A stretch of DNA of 26,085 nt from a virus (lineage: Duplodnaviria > Caudoviricetes): positions 1 through 26,085 of the IMG/VR virus record IMGVR_UViG_3300037755_000192; one strand, written 5' to 3'. Shown here in pieces: positions 15,537-24,264 of the stretch (the stretch's first letter is position 1; the number at the start of each line of letters is the position of its first letter). Both the position numbers and the translations under genes were made by a program. The notes under the pieces were generated by a model. The model had not been told where the DNA came from. It did not search any database and was given only the letters and a program-made list of their open reading frames with translations.

Positions 15537-17741
15537 TCATTTCTCCCACTCCACGCGATGCCCGATATACCGCTCCCAGCTATCGCGTGCCGTACCGAGC
15601 GCCGGGATGGAGTAGGCATATGTCAGCTTGTCGCCGTGGCGCACGCGCTTGCGTTCCACGCCGGCGCATTTACTCAGCGCCCGGCCGATGGCGGTGGCTT
15701 CGGGGAGGCGCGAGCGAATGCCGCGCTCCTTGGCGTGCCGGGAGAACGCTTGGCGCAGTTGATCGGTGTCGGAAGTCTCGGGCCAGCCGTCGAAGTCGCC
15801 GCCAACGACCTTCCCGTCACGCAGGCATTCCAGCCACCATTCTTCGGTCATGCCTAGCGAGGCGTGCTTCTGGTCGAGTAGGCCTTGCGTCGCCGGCGCT
15901 TCGTTGAGGTCGATGCCGGTAAGATCGAAGTCGAGAAGGTAGCGAAGTAGGAGTCGATAGCCTCCACGTTCCATCCCTTCTCGCATCGCTTGAAAGAAAG
16001 GACGGTCTTGTTTCCGGCCCTCTCCAATGTCAAAGACAGCGTATCGGCGTTCGTCGTGCGATGCAGGTACGAGCCAATCTTCGTTGCCAATGATCGCAAC
16101 GCGCATGCGGTTGGCTGCTTTATAAGGTTCATAACCTTTCCTCTCGATGAATAGCTTTGGCTCGGTAATAAGCTCCTTCAACATGCCCTCAATTTGTTTG
16201 TCCCCGGACCAAAAGGCCTCGTTGAATACCATGAAGAGCGTATGCTCAAGGTGGCTGTTGAATTGCCCGGCCAGGTACCGCCGGTTGGCGGCCACGGAGA
16301 AGTGCGCGTCAATTAGCGCCCCGACACGCTCGACCACCGCGTTCTTGCCGACGCCCTTGGAACCACGGAACACAAGTGCCACCAGCGGCTTTTCATCCGG
16401 GCGCTGCACCAGGTGGGCGAAGAAGCCCAGCAGCCAGCGGGTTAATGCCTCGTCGCCTCTGCACACGTTCTTGCGCGTGTGTTCAATGAAGGCGGCGAGG
16501 GCTTTTTGGTGGGCCGGGTTTGGCTTCTCGTTGCGCGGCCAGGGTTCCACGCTGAAGCCACGCCACAGGTTATAGAAACGGGTCGGCACCTTGCCGCCGG
16601 GTGCGAACACCAAGCCGTCGTAGGAACGCCGCTGCGGCCAGTCCAGCCACGCCTGCGCGATCGGCAGCTGCTTCTTGCCAGACGGCATATAAATGCCGGG
16701 GAACTTAGTCTTGAAGGTTCCGGGCGACAGGTACTTTGTAACCGGCTTGCCGTTCTCGTCGGTCGTTTCGTGCAGAATGGCGTAGTCGCCACCGATCAGG
16801 ACGTATGCGTACTCGGCGTTGAGTTGTTTGAACGGGTGCAATGTTTCCGGTTCGGCGTCAGTGGGAACGATCGTTCCCGATTTGGGTACTGGGGCGAACT
16901 GCGCTTCCGGCGCGGCACTGCCCGGTGCTTCGCGGCCGTAGCGGTAGGCGCTGCGGACTACGTGCTTTATCTCGGCCCACGCAAGCGGGGGGCTACACGA
17001 CCAGTTGGTTTGCAGTAGCTCGATTGCCCGGTTTTCGGTGACGCCGAAGTCTTTCAGCTTGGCGGCGGCCGCGAACCCCTTGTGGTTACGCTCGCCTTCG
17101 CCGGCCGGCGGCAGCGCCGCCAGGTAGTCCAGCGCCCGGCGGTCGGCACGGTCGGCGTCTATTTCTACTGCAGGCGCCTTGGCGACGGATGGACCACCAT
17201 CCCTGCCGGCGGTGCCGCACTTTTCAATGAGCCAGGCGGGGGCGTCGAGCACGAGGCCGTCATTCGCGGATACATAGCCACCGTTATCCGTGAGGCTTCC
17301 AGGACCAACGACATAGCCACCTCGAGAACGGACATCGACACCCTCCCCCAATACGCCTGCGCCCTGCTTGACTGGCACATCGACCCGATAGAACAGGTGG
17401 CATCCACCAGTAGGAGTGCGGGTCTCGCGAGTAATAGGTAGTACCAGACCTTCAGCTTTAAGCTGAGCAACCGTATCGTCACCATGTTTGTCACCTTTGT
17501 TGTCCACATCGACTACCAGGAGCGCGCTGTCGTCCTGATAGCGCGTTGTTGAAATCGCAATGTTAAAGTCCTGCAAAGTACCCATGACCGGGCACGTCCA
17601 CCAGCGGCGGATCTGCTCGGGATCGCGGGTGGCGCGATTCGGGTAGTCGTCGATATGCGGCAGCTTGCTGCCCGGGATCAGCGGGAAAACGTGGAAGCCT
17701 TCCGCAGCGAGGGCGAGGGCGTGGTCGAGTTTACTGCTCAT
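15537..17741 (-). CDS. Bifunctional primase-polymerase (Prim-Pol) + PriCT + C-terminal P-loop helicase (DUF5906/D5-like)
   Basis: GFHVFPL...K.P, VVDVD, TPTGGCHLFY, DVRSRGGYVVGPGS, GEGERN, Walker A GSKGVGKN and FNEA. Confidence 0.9.
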   Translation of the reverse strand: MSSKLDHALALAAEGFHVFPLIPGSKLPHIDDYPNRATRDPEQIRRWWTCPVMGTLQDFNIAISTTRYQDDSALLVVDVDNKGDKHGDDTVAQLKAEGLVLPITRETRTPTGGCHLFYRVDVPVKQGAGVLGEGVDVRSRGGYVVGPGSLTDNGGYVSANDGLVLDAPAWLIEKCGTAGRDGGPSVAKAPAVEIDADRADRRALDYLAALPPAGEGERNHKGFAAAAKLKDFGVTENRAIELLQTNWSCSPPLAWAEIKHVVRSAYRYGREAPGSAAPEAQFAPVPKSGTIVPTDAEPETLHPFKQLNAEYAYVLIGGDYAILHETTDENGKPVTKYLSPGTFKTKFPGIYMPSGKKQLPIAQAWLDWPQRRSYDGLVFAPGGKVPTRFYNLWRGFSVEPWPRNEKPNPAHQKALAAFIEHTRKNVCRGDEALTRWLLGFFAHLVQRPDEKPLVALVFRGSKGVGKNAVVERVGALIDAHFSVAANRRYLAGQFNSHLEHTLFMVFNEAFWSGDKQIEGMLKELITEPKLFIERKGYEPYKAANRMRVAIIGNEDWLVPASHDERRYAVFDIGEGRKQDRPFFQAMREGMERGGYRLLLRYLLDFDLTGIDLNEAPATQGLLDQKHASLGMTEEWWLECLRDGKVVGGDFDGWPETSDTDQLRQAFSRHAKERGIRSRLPEATAIGRALSKCAGVERKRVRHGDKLTYAYSIPALGTARDSWERYIGHRVEWEK

Positions 17742-17961
17742 CGTAATACCGCCCCATTTTATCCAGTTTGACTTGCAACTGTCTGTAATAGTTATCGCGA
17801 TGCTCCGCGTTACACCACCGTTGCCCGACCGGCAGCGATTCTTCGCAGCCTTCATCGAGGCAGTGACCGGTCGGCGCAGGGCCATTCGGCTTGCGCAGCT
17901 TCAGGGCTTGATCCCGCAACTCTTCTTCCCACTCGGTTGCTTCGTCAGTGATGTCAGCCAT
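17731..17961 (-). CDS. DksA/TraR-like small Zn-finger protein, 76 aa
   Basis: MADITDEA N-terminus and a GHC..C......RWC..H pattern. Confidence 0.65.
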   Translation of the reverse strand: MADITDEATEWEEELRDQALKLRKPNGPAPTGHCLDEGCEESLPVGQRWCNAEHRDNYYRQLQVKLDKMGRYYDEQ

Positions 17962-17963
17962 AG

Positions 17964-20063
17964 CTATTTCCTGTACCTCTTGCCTCTCCACATTTCCACC
18001 GCCAGCGGCAACCCGGCCGTGTAGGGGGGTGCTTCGGACATCAGTTCCTTAAACTTGGCTTCCACTTCCGGTCCCGAGATTTCTGGAATCTCGACCACCG
18101 CTTCATCGTGTACGTGCATCACGATGTCGTACAACGCGGCGTCCAGCCGCAGCATCGCGTCCACCAGCAGATCCCGCGCGAACGCCTGGGTATTGTTTTC
18201 GGCGAACTTCCCGCCGTAGCTGGACACGCGCTGCCAATCGCCGTGCGCGGCTGGGTCGGGGATGATCTTGTCCTTGGCGGCGCCGCTAGACGACACAACC
18301 TTCATGTAGGTAACGGCGTCTTTCAGATCGCCCCAGGGGGTTTCTACTTCGAGAATCTTTGGGTACGGGTAGCAGATCGCACGATTGGAGGGCAGGCCGC
18401 ACCACAGGAATGAGCCGACTTTCTTGTATCGAACCTCACGGCTCGCTGTTCGCGAGGACGTGTCCGAGCCTTTGGCGCCGGCCGTGAATACCTTGCCGGG
18501 ATTAAGCACCGCCGACATGGCGGCGTTCTCGCAGTCCGCCCAATACTTGACGATCATCGGGTGCGCCGCGCGCCACTCGTTCTTGGCGTCGTTGATCTGG
18601 TCGTCGGTCAGCCCGAGATCGAGATGCAAACTGGTTTCCATCTGGCGGAACGCACCGAGCCCGCCCTGGTAGCCGAGCGACAACTCAGACACTTTGCCCA
18701 GCATGTACTCGGGGCTTGCCTTCGTGTACATATCCGGCGTGGTGTGCTTAATCTTTGCTGCGGCGATCAGATACACTTTAGGGCCGGTGCCAGCGTTCTG
18801 TTCGCGTATGGCCTGAAGTTTCCACTCTTCACCGGCGAGGAACGGCAGCACCGCGTTCTCAACGCCCACGAAATCCCCGGCCAGCAGGTCGTGCCCCGGC
18901 GAGGCCGTTATCATTCCGCGCAGGCAGTCGGCGGCCACGCTCATCGGCGCGCCGTAGAGAAGGTCCAGCTTGTCACGTTCGCCTTTCTGGATCAGCTCGA
19001 TCGCGGCTTCGACTTCGGCCGGCGTCAGGGTAGGACGCGGGAAGTTGTCTGGCTGAATGGTGCGGCCCGCCCATCGGCCGGTGCCGGCCCCGTGGTACTG
19101 CTTGGTGCCGCGCACGCGGCCATCGGGGCCGGCAGCCGATAGGATCTTGTTCAGCTTTGCGGTGGACGAACGGCCGGCTTCCTTGCGAATGTTGAGGACA
19201 GTGCGGACAGCGTCGGGCAACTCCCCGCCGAGTGCGTCGAGCACGTCGGCCTTAGCCAAACCGTCGATCGCCACGCCCTGAGATCGCACCCATTTCGTGA
19301 TGCGAGCCACCTCAGTTGTGAATCCAACGACGCTGTCAGTTGCTCCGCGAATGTCTCGATTGAGTCTGTCTTGTTCATGTAGCACCATCTCCGAGGCCGC
19401 CTTGACGGCCGGTAAGTCCACCTGGATACCGCGGCGGTTGATCTTGTAATCCAGCTGCCAGACGCGGCGCTCTTTCTTCGAGAGGGGCACAAGTCGCTTG
19501 TACAGCTCGCGCTCGACTTCCACGTCCTGCCGGCAATACTCGTACAGGCGGGCGAGCTTGTCGGGTTCGTCGTGCCAAATAATTTCTTCGTATCCGGTAG
19601 CGCCGTTGTGTTTCGGAACGTGCCGCCGTATTTCCTTCGGCGCGCGCATCTGAAGCATCAGCCGGTGGCCGGCCATATCCTTCTGCTGCTTGATACCAAC
19701 AGCCGCGGCGGCGCGTTCAAGCGAGCCCGGAATCGCCATCGCGTAGGCCAGGGCTTGCGTGCACTCGCACTGCTCCGGCTTCAATTCCGGCCAGCCGTAG
19801 CGCGGGACCATGACGTTGTTCCAGATCTCCAGCTCGAACGCGGCGTTGTGGGCGACGACGGTGCCCCCGCCGCGCACGTATTCGGCGACACTGGACATTA
19901 AATTAAAGCCGTCACCAGCCATTGCCAGCCATATCGGACCGTCGCCAAGCGAGTACGCCATGCACCACACATCGGTCGAAGGATCGCGCGCGTAGTTATC
20001 CAGGCCGACTTCTTTCAGGTCGGCGGCGCTGCGCGTTTCAAAGTCAATGTGAAGTATGGTCAT
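17964..20063 (-). CDS. Family A DNA polymerase with 3'-5' exonuclease domain (APSE/SPO2-like)
   Basis: ExoI DFETRS, ExoII HNAAFE, ExoIII YCRQD, TGRWAG, motif A DFVGVE, motif B KVSELSLGYQGG and motif C HVHDE. Confidence 0.93.
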   Translation of the reverse strand: MTILHIDFETRSAADLKEVGLDNYARDPSTDVWCMAYSLGDGPIWLAMAGDGFNLMSSVAEYVRGGGTVVAHNAAFELEIWNNVMVPRYGWPELKPEQCECTQALAYAMAIPGSLERAAAAVGIKQQKDMAGHRLMLQMRAPKEIRRHVPKHNGATGYEEIIWHDEPDKLARLYEYCRQDVEVERELYKRLVPLSKKERRVWQLDYKINRRGIQVDLPAVKAASEMVLHEQDRLNRDIRGATDSVVGFTTEVARITKWVRSQGVAIDGLAKADVLDALGGELPDAVRTVLNIRKEAGRSSTAKLNKILSAAGPDGRVRGTKQYHGAGTGRWAGRTIQPDNFPRPTLTPAEVEAAIELIQKGERDKLDLLYGAPMSVAADCLRGMITASPGHDLLAGDFVGVENAVLPFLAGEEWKLQAIREQNAGTGPKVYLIAAAKIKHTTPDMYTKASPEYMLGKVSELSLGYQGGLGAFRQMETSLHLDLGLTDDQINDAKNEWRAAHPMIVKYWADCENAAMSAVLNPGKVFTAGAKGSDTSSRTASREVRYKKVGSFLWCGLPSNRAICYPYPKILEVETPWGDLKDAVTYMKVVSSSGAAKDKIIPDPAAHGDWQRVSSYGGKFAENNTQAFARDLLVDAMLRLDAALYDIVMHVHDEAVVEIPEISGPEVEAKFKELMSEAPPYTAGLPLAVEMWRGKRYRK

Positions 20064-20218
20064 CTCAGTATGTGAACCAGCTGGCTATGCGCGCAGCGCT
20101 CGCACTGCTTCCACGCGATAGTGGCGGCATATTCAAATCCATCACCCACAAAATTCTGTTGGTGCCATTGCCAGCGGTGCCAGCCAAGAAAACATAGGGC
20201 GCGGAAAAGCGTTTTCAC
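20060..20218 (-). CDS. Unannotated 52-aa Zn-ribbon-like protein (MKTLFRALCFLGWHRWQW...CERC...)
   Basis: GTGA overlap with the upstream gene and ATGA overlap with the polymerase. C-x4-H ... C-x2-C pattern. Confidence 0.75.
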   Translation of the reverse strand: MKTLFRALCFLGWHRWQWHQQNFVGDGFEYAATIAWKQCERCAHSQLVHILR

Positions 20219-21111
20219 ACCTTCACCTTCCCGAATCTCCGCTTGAGATAATTAATCGACAGCGCCATCTCATCGAACCGGCCGTCGATTACCTCGTGCA
20301 GCATGAACATGCCGCGCCAGTGGCCGTTGGTGAACGGCGACAGGTAATCGTAGGAATGCTGATAAAAGCTGCCGGATATAATTGCCGTCATGTGCGAGCC
20401 GTCCGCGCGCCGGCTGTAGGCGATCTCGCGGCCCTGCTGGTGGCCGGCGAACGCGCTCATGTGCAGCTTGCGCAGCAGCGCCGGGGCTGACGAGATTGGT
20501 TTACCCATGACGCCCGAGGGAAAGTAGTGACAGAACGCCACGCCGCCAACGCTTACCGGTTGCAAAAACTGGTGCTGCCGCCAGCCGTAGTCGGCCAGCT
20601 TTAGATCAGCTTTGGAAATCAGCCCCTCAAGTTTTGGGTCTTCGATCGTCGCGCGTTCGATGTGGTCTTCGTGGTTGCCTTCGGTGAACTCCAAATATGG
20701 GTTCCAGCCGCCAACCTTGGCGATTGGCGTCATCAGCAACTCCATGCCACGGTGGAACGCGGCGATGTCCTTGGTATATCGCCGGCCTTCAAAGTGCCTG
20801 GTGCCGCGCTCAAAGTGCGACAGCGACGGAAAATCACCGAAGTCTCCGATGCAGAAAATCACGTCGGGCTGCTTTACAGCCAGGTACTTGCCGGCCCATT
20901 CAAGGTGGCCCATCTCCACGCCGTGCATGACCTGCGCGTCAGTGACCACCGCGATCTTTAACCCGTGCCGGGGAACTTTAATGCCAAGGTCTTTAACGAC
21001 ATCTATTGCCATGTTGTGCTGCGAAGACACCGACGACGGGCCATCGCCCTTGACACGGCGCCAATACGCCCGGTCATTGGCGCGCTTCTTCGTGATGTCT
21101 TTATATGGCAT
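20215..21111 (-). CDS. Calcineurin-like metallophosphoesterase
   Basis: Motifs TDAQ, GDFGD, GNHE, CHY and GHQQ. Confidence 0.85.
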   Translation of the reverse strand: MPYKDITKKRANDRAYWRRVKGDGPSSVSSQHNMAIDVVKDLGIKVPRHGLKIAVVTDAQVMHGVEMGHLEWAGKYLAVKQPDVIFCIGDFGDFPSLSHFERGTRHFEGRRYTKDIAAFHRGMELLMTPIAKVGGWNPYLEFTEGNHEDHIERATIEDPKLEGLISKADLKLADYGWRQHQFLQPVSVGGVAFCHYFPSGVMGKPISSAPALLRKLHMSAFAGHQQGREIAYSRRADGSHMTAIISGSFYQHSYDYLSPFTNGHWRGMFMLHEVIDGRFDEMALSINYLKRRFGKVKV

Positions 21112-21131
21112 TCACTACCCCTTATTTTTTA

Positions 21132-21228
21132 GAGAGGGCTGCGGCCCGTCGTCGGGTTCGGTATCTAGAAACTACCCGCTACTAGCTGTAAGGGGCTCGC
21201 CCCAGCATTGCTGCCCCGCAGCCCTCTC
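21132..21228 (-). ncRNA. Candidate structured RNA: 13-bp closing stem enclosing five abutting hairpins
   Basis: GAGAGGGCTGCGG / CCGCAGCCCTCTC form a perfect inverted repeat, and the interior is tiled by hairpins (see findings). Confidence 0.6.
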
Positions 21229-21229
21229 G

Positions 21230-21255
21230 AAAAATGTCTCCCCCGAAGGGGAGAC
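21230..21255 (-). terminator. Intrinsic terminator-like hairpin after the SSB gene
   Basis: Minus strand GTCTCCCC-TTCG-GGGGAGAC (cUUCGg tetraloop) followed by ATTTTT. Confidence 0.7.
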
Positions 21256-21280
21256 GCAAGTTACTACCCACAGGAGACTC

Positions 21281-21880
21281 TTAGTTCAGCAGGTCCATTG
21301 CACCGCCTTCACTGGCGGCTTGCTCCATCACGGCACCGGCAACCGGCTCGAACTCATCCTGCGCCTTGAGACGGCCGGACAGCGGCTCGCCGTCGCGCAG
21401 CTTCTGGATATTTTGCAGGCCAAGGCCGACACCGCGATTACCGGCAGCGTCGTAGGCATACACACGCAACGTGGCGCGGACGTAGACGCCGGAATAAAAC
21501 TCCGACTCGTCGATGATGTCGTTATTGCCGCCGTCCACCAGGCCCGGCTTCTGTTTGCTCGAAGCGTTGAACCAGACGGCGCCCGCTTCGTATCCGTCGA
21601 AGGTCTTCTCGCCTTGGTCACGGAACGGCATGCGCAGGTTGGCGGGTTTCTTGGCGCCCCACTTGTCCGCGATTGCCTTGTTGATCGCTGCCTTAATCTT
21701 GGCGACGAACACCTCGTACTCTTTCTTGTAGGCGGGCGCCATCTTGTCCGGGTGCGGGAACAGGCACGCCAGGCTGTACTTCGCCTCGGCAGCCGGATTC
21801 GCCGGGTTGGCCTGCGGACGGAACACGTGCGCAAAGCTGGCCCGGAACTCCGGGGTCATAATATTTTCGCTTTCAGCCAT
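21281..21880 (-). CDS. DUF2815 family single-stranded DNA-binding protein
   Basis: FRASFAHVF, KYS, PFRD, FYSGVY, GNRGVGLGLQNIQKLRDGEPL and an acidic tail. GAGG RBS. Confidence 0.88.
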   Translation of the reverse strand: MAESENIMTPEFRASFAHVFRPQANPANPAAEAKYSLACLFPHPDKMAPAYKKEYEVFVAKIKAAINKAIADKWGAKKPANLRMPFRDQGEKTFDGYEAGAVWFNASSKQKPGLVDGGNNDIIDESEFYSGVYVRATLRVYAYDAAGNRGVGLGLQNIQKLRDGEPLSGRLKAQDEFEPVAGAVMEQAASEGGAMDLLN

Positions 21881-21904
21881 CGGTAATTTTCCTCAATCAG
21901 AAAG

Positions 21905-22213
21905 TTAAGCTTCGGTTTTCTCCTGCGGGCGAGGGAGCGGCCGCATCGCCAGTCGGCCAGAAAAAATCCTGGCGTCTGGTCGTTCAGCCGGGTCTGAAAA
22001 ATCCGGCTTGCGTACCGTTCCTTCTCTGCTCGCTACGTATTCCGCGAAGGCTTTGCATGCCCACTCGTTTACCGCGCAGGTGTGCCGCCTCGCGCATTTG
22101 AACTCATCGCACGGTGGCGCCGGCTGCGCCTGAATCTCGTCAACCAGAGATTCAAATTCAAAGGCGCGAATGCCGCGCTTTGCCCGGCCGCCGGCGGTGC
22201 CGTTATCGGCCAT
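21905..22213 (-). CDS. Hypothetical protein with four-Cys cluster (PCDEFKC...C...C..F..YV)
   Basis: ATG 22213 overlaps the upstream gene end. Start is inferred. Confidence 0.6.
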   Translation of the reverse strand: MADNGTAGGRAKRGIRAFEFESLVDEIQAQPAPPCDEFKCARRHTCAVNEWACKAFAEYVASREGTVRKPDFSDPAERPDARIFSGRLAMRPLPRPQEKTEA

Positions 22214-22496
22214 GCCTGGCCAGTTCCTTGTCGCCTTGGTGGGGCGCGTACTTGCTGGTAGCGCCGATGAACCGAAGCCGGCGAACATTGTTCTGATAAA
22301 CCGCAACCAAAAAGTCTAGGTCGTTCGGGGCCGGCTGCCCCAGCTTCGCGGCTACGTCCTGCTTGGCTTTGTGCTGCACGGCCAAGCGCCGCTTAACGGT
22401 TTCCAGGTCGTGAATCGAGTACGTGTTCCAGCCAGTAGTTTTGGCTGCCTCGATCTTGCGCTCGGCTCGACGCAGGCTGCCTTTGCTAATCCGCAT
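22203..22496 (-). CDS. Basic hypothetical protein, 97 aa
   Basis: AGGAGG RBS before ATG 22496. It overlaps both flanking genes. Confidence 0.65.
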   Translation of the reverse strand: MRISKGSLRRAERKIEAAKTTGWNTYSIHDLETVKRRLAVQHKAKQDVAAKLGQPAPNDLDFLVAVYQNNVRRLRFIGATSKYAPHQGDKELARHGR

Positions 22497-23667
22497 TTTT
22501 GAAATCCTCCTGCGCACTACGCTTGACGGCTTCGCCCGGCTCGCTTTCAGGTACGAGTTTCGTACCGCTTGAAACCTTCTCGCAGATGGAATCGACCACG
22601 GCCAGCTTGTCGGCGTTCTTCTTGGCCTTGCCGATAACCTTCTCGATTTGCGCGGGGCTTTTTACTTCGCGCGGCTCGTAGATGTCGGACTCGGCAAGCC
22701 CGACCGTAACGCACAGCTCGTACTCAAGCCTCGCATCGTCCACGTTCCACTTGCGGGTTGGGCGGGTAGCCACTACCTTGAAGCCGGCGGCCCCGCGGCC
22801 GCGCAGCCCTTCCTGGTGCGCGAATTCAATCACCGTATTCGCCCACGCTTTGATTCTCAGTGCTTCTTTGACGGCTTCACCGAGTACAACCGAGTCATAC
22901 GGTGCGGCGTTTGAGAATTCCATCTTGGCGGCCTCCTGGGCGCGGGCTTTGGCTTCCGGGCACAACGCAGCGGCCGGGCACCAGTGGCAGTGCTCGCCTA
23001 GTTTGAGCGGGGCTTCCGGGTCTTCGGTGCGACGCACGGCGTCCATCAAGTCGGCCTCGAAGTCCAGCAGCTCAACCGCCTTAAAACGGTACCGGCGTAC
23101 CTGGCCGCCTTCGTGCGGGCAACGTGGCTGCACGATGACCAGCTCGACCTCGGCGATTGGTTTCTTGTAGGACAGCAGGGCCCCCAGGGCGTAATACTTG
23201 AGCTGGACGTTGTTATCCACGTCCACGGCCACGCCGGCGCCGTGCTTGTAGTCGTACACGCGCATCAGCTTCTTACCCGGCCACACTTGCACGCAGTCGG
23301 CGGTGCCGAACAACTGCGGGTGCAGTTCTTTCAGGTGGAACTTGTGCTCGACCAGACGGATCGGCGCGTTGCCTTCGTCTTCGGTAGCGTCGCCGCGCAC
23401 GGCGTCAAGATAAACCTGCACGGCCTCAACCATGTCGTCGGTAATCTCGCCCTTGTGGCCGTCGTGCTGCCAGAATCCAGTCGTTTGCGCGGCATCCGTA
23501 CCGTGATCGAGGCAGTCGGCACCAATCTCGTGCGCGGCGCTGCCTTCGGCGGCGTAGAAGCTGGACGTGGACTCAAGCCCGGCGCTCAGCCGCACCGAGC
23601 CGGGGCATTCGGACCAGCGGTGCATCGAGCTGGCGCCGAGTTTGGAATGCGCGGGGAGGGCGGTCAT
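22486..23667 (-). CDS. DUF2800 family PD-(D/E)XK (Cas4-like) nuclease
   Basis: HSKLGASS.HRW..CP, EGSAAH, GTAD, DYKHG, QLKYYALG, IVQPR and HCHWC...C. Confidence 0.88.
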   Translation of the reverse strand: MTALPAHSKLGASSMHRWSECPGSVRLSAGLESTSSFYAAEGSAAHEIGADCLDHGTDAAQTTGFWQHDGHKGEITDDMVEAVQVYLDAVRGDATEDEGNAPIRLVEHKFHLKELHPQLFGTADCVQVWPGKKLMRVYDYKHGAGVAVDVDNNVQLKYYALGALLSYKKPIAEVELVIVQPRCPHEGGQVRRYRFKAVELLDFEADLMDAVRRTEDPEAPLKLGEHCHWCPAAALCPEAKARAQEAAKMEFSNAAPYDSVVLGEAVKEALRIKAWANTVIEFAHQEGLRGRGAAGFKVVATRPTRKWNVDDARLEYELCVTVGLAESDIYEPREVKSPAQIEKVIGKAKKNADKLAVVDSICEKVSSGTKLVPESEPGEAVKRSAQEDFKNAD

Positions 23668-23834
23668 GCCGCACCCCGGCCGCAGTGCGGGCATCTGCCG
23701 GACTTCTTACATTCAAGCGCGACGAGTTGCGCGATCTCATCCACAGCGCGCGGTTCGCACTCGGTGATGACTTGCCCGCCACCGAAGCTACCGATTACTC
23801 TGACCTTGTGCCGCCCGAGCCGTGTTATGTTCAT
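23664..23834 (-). CDS. Small hypothetical protein, 56 aa, with C-terminal CPHC
   Basis: GGGGT RBS, ATG 23834 and an ATGA overlap with the nuclease. Confidence 0.6.
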   Translation of the reverse strand: MNITRLGRHKVRVIGSFGGGQVITECEPRAVDEIAQLVALECKKSGRCPHCGRGAA

Positions 23835-23854
23835 ATAGACCCCGTATTTTTTGC

Positions 23855-24067
23855 TCACGAAATTGCCTCCAAGGCGCCCATGGTTGCTTGCGGTACGGCG
23901 CGGCACTGCCCGGATAGGTCTACCGCCGCAAGCCCGTCGCCGCAGGCAACCGGCACCGGCCCTGGCCCCGGCTCTGGCATAGATACCGTACCGCTTGGTG
24001 ATCCGCACCCGGCAAGCACTACCGCCAGCAGCAGCGGCGCCCCATGCCACAACCAGAAGTGATTCAT
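23855..24067 (-). CDS. Small Pro-rich lipoprotein
   Basis: Hydrophobic signal ending in lipobox LAGC. ATGA overlap with the upstream gene. Confidence 0.65.
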   Translation of the reverse strand: MNHFWLWHGAPLLLAVVLAGCGSPSGTVSMPEPGPGPVPVACGDGLAAVDLSGQCRAVPQATMGALEAIS

Positions 24068-24264
24068 GCTATTTTTGGCCCCGGTGTATACGGAATGCCG
24101 GAGAAGCCGTACATGCGGAAGGCTTCCAGTTCACGCCGGAACATGTCCGTTATACCGCTGCCACCGAGGGTAGCTACCTCGGCGCATTTCTTATCCTGGT
24201 AGCGGCGTACGACGCGGTGCTTGGTGTCGATACAAAGAAGCCGGCGAGGGCGGTGGTTAATCAT
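24064..24264 (-). CDS. Hypothetical protein, 66 aa
   Basis: ATGA overlaps at both ends within the operon. Confidence 0.55.
   Translation of the reverse strand: MINHRPRRLLCIDTKHRVVRRYQDKKCAEVATLGGSGITDMFRRELEAFRMYGFSGIPYTPGPKIA

Noticed and set aside
21132-21228. tRNA, hammerhead or HDV-like ribozyme call for the structured element
   Set aside because: There is no T-loop, anticodon or CCA layout, and no CUGANGA plus GAAA core. No nested pseudoknot could be established by eye.
20612-21886. 424-aa + strand ORF
   Set aside because: It is antisense to the SSB and phosphoesterase and crosses a structured intergenic region, with no recognisable domain.
22486-23667. CRISPR-Cas locus based on the Cas4-like nuclease
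   Set aside because: It is a solo DUF2800 gene in the usual phage replication context, with no array or other cas genes.
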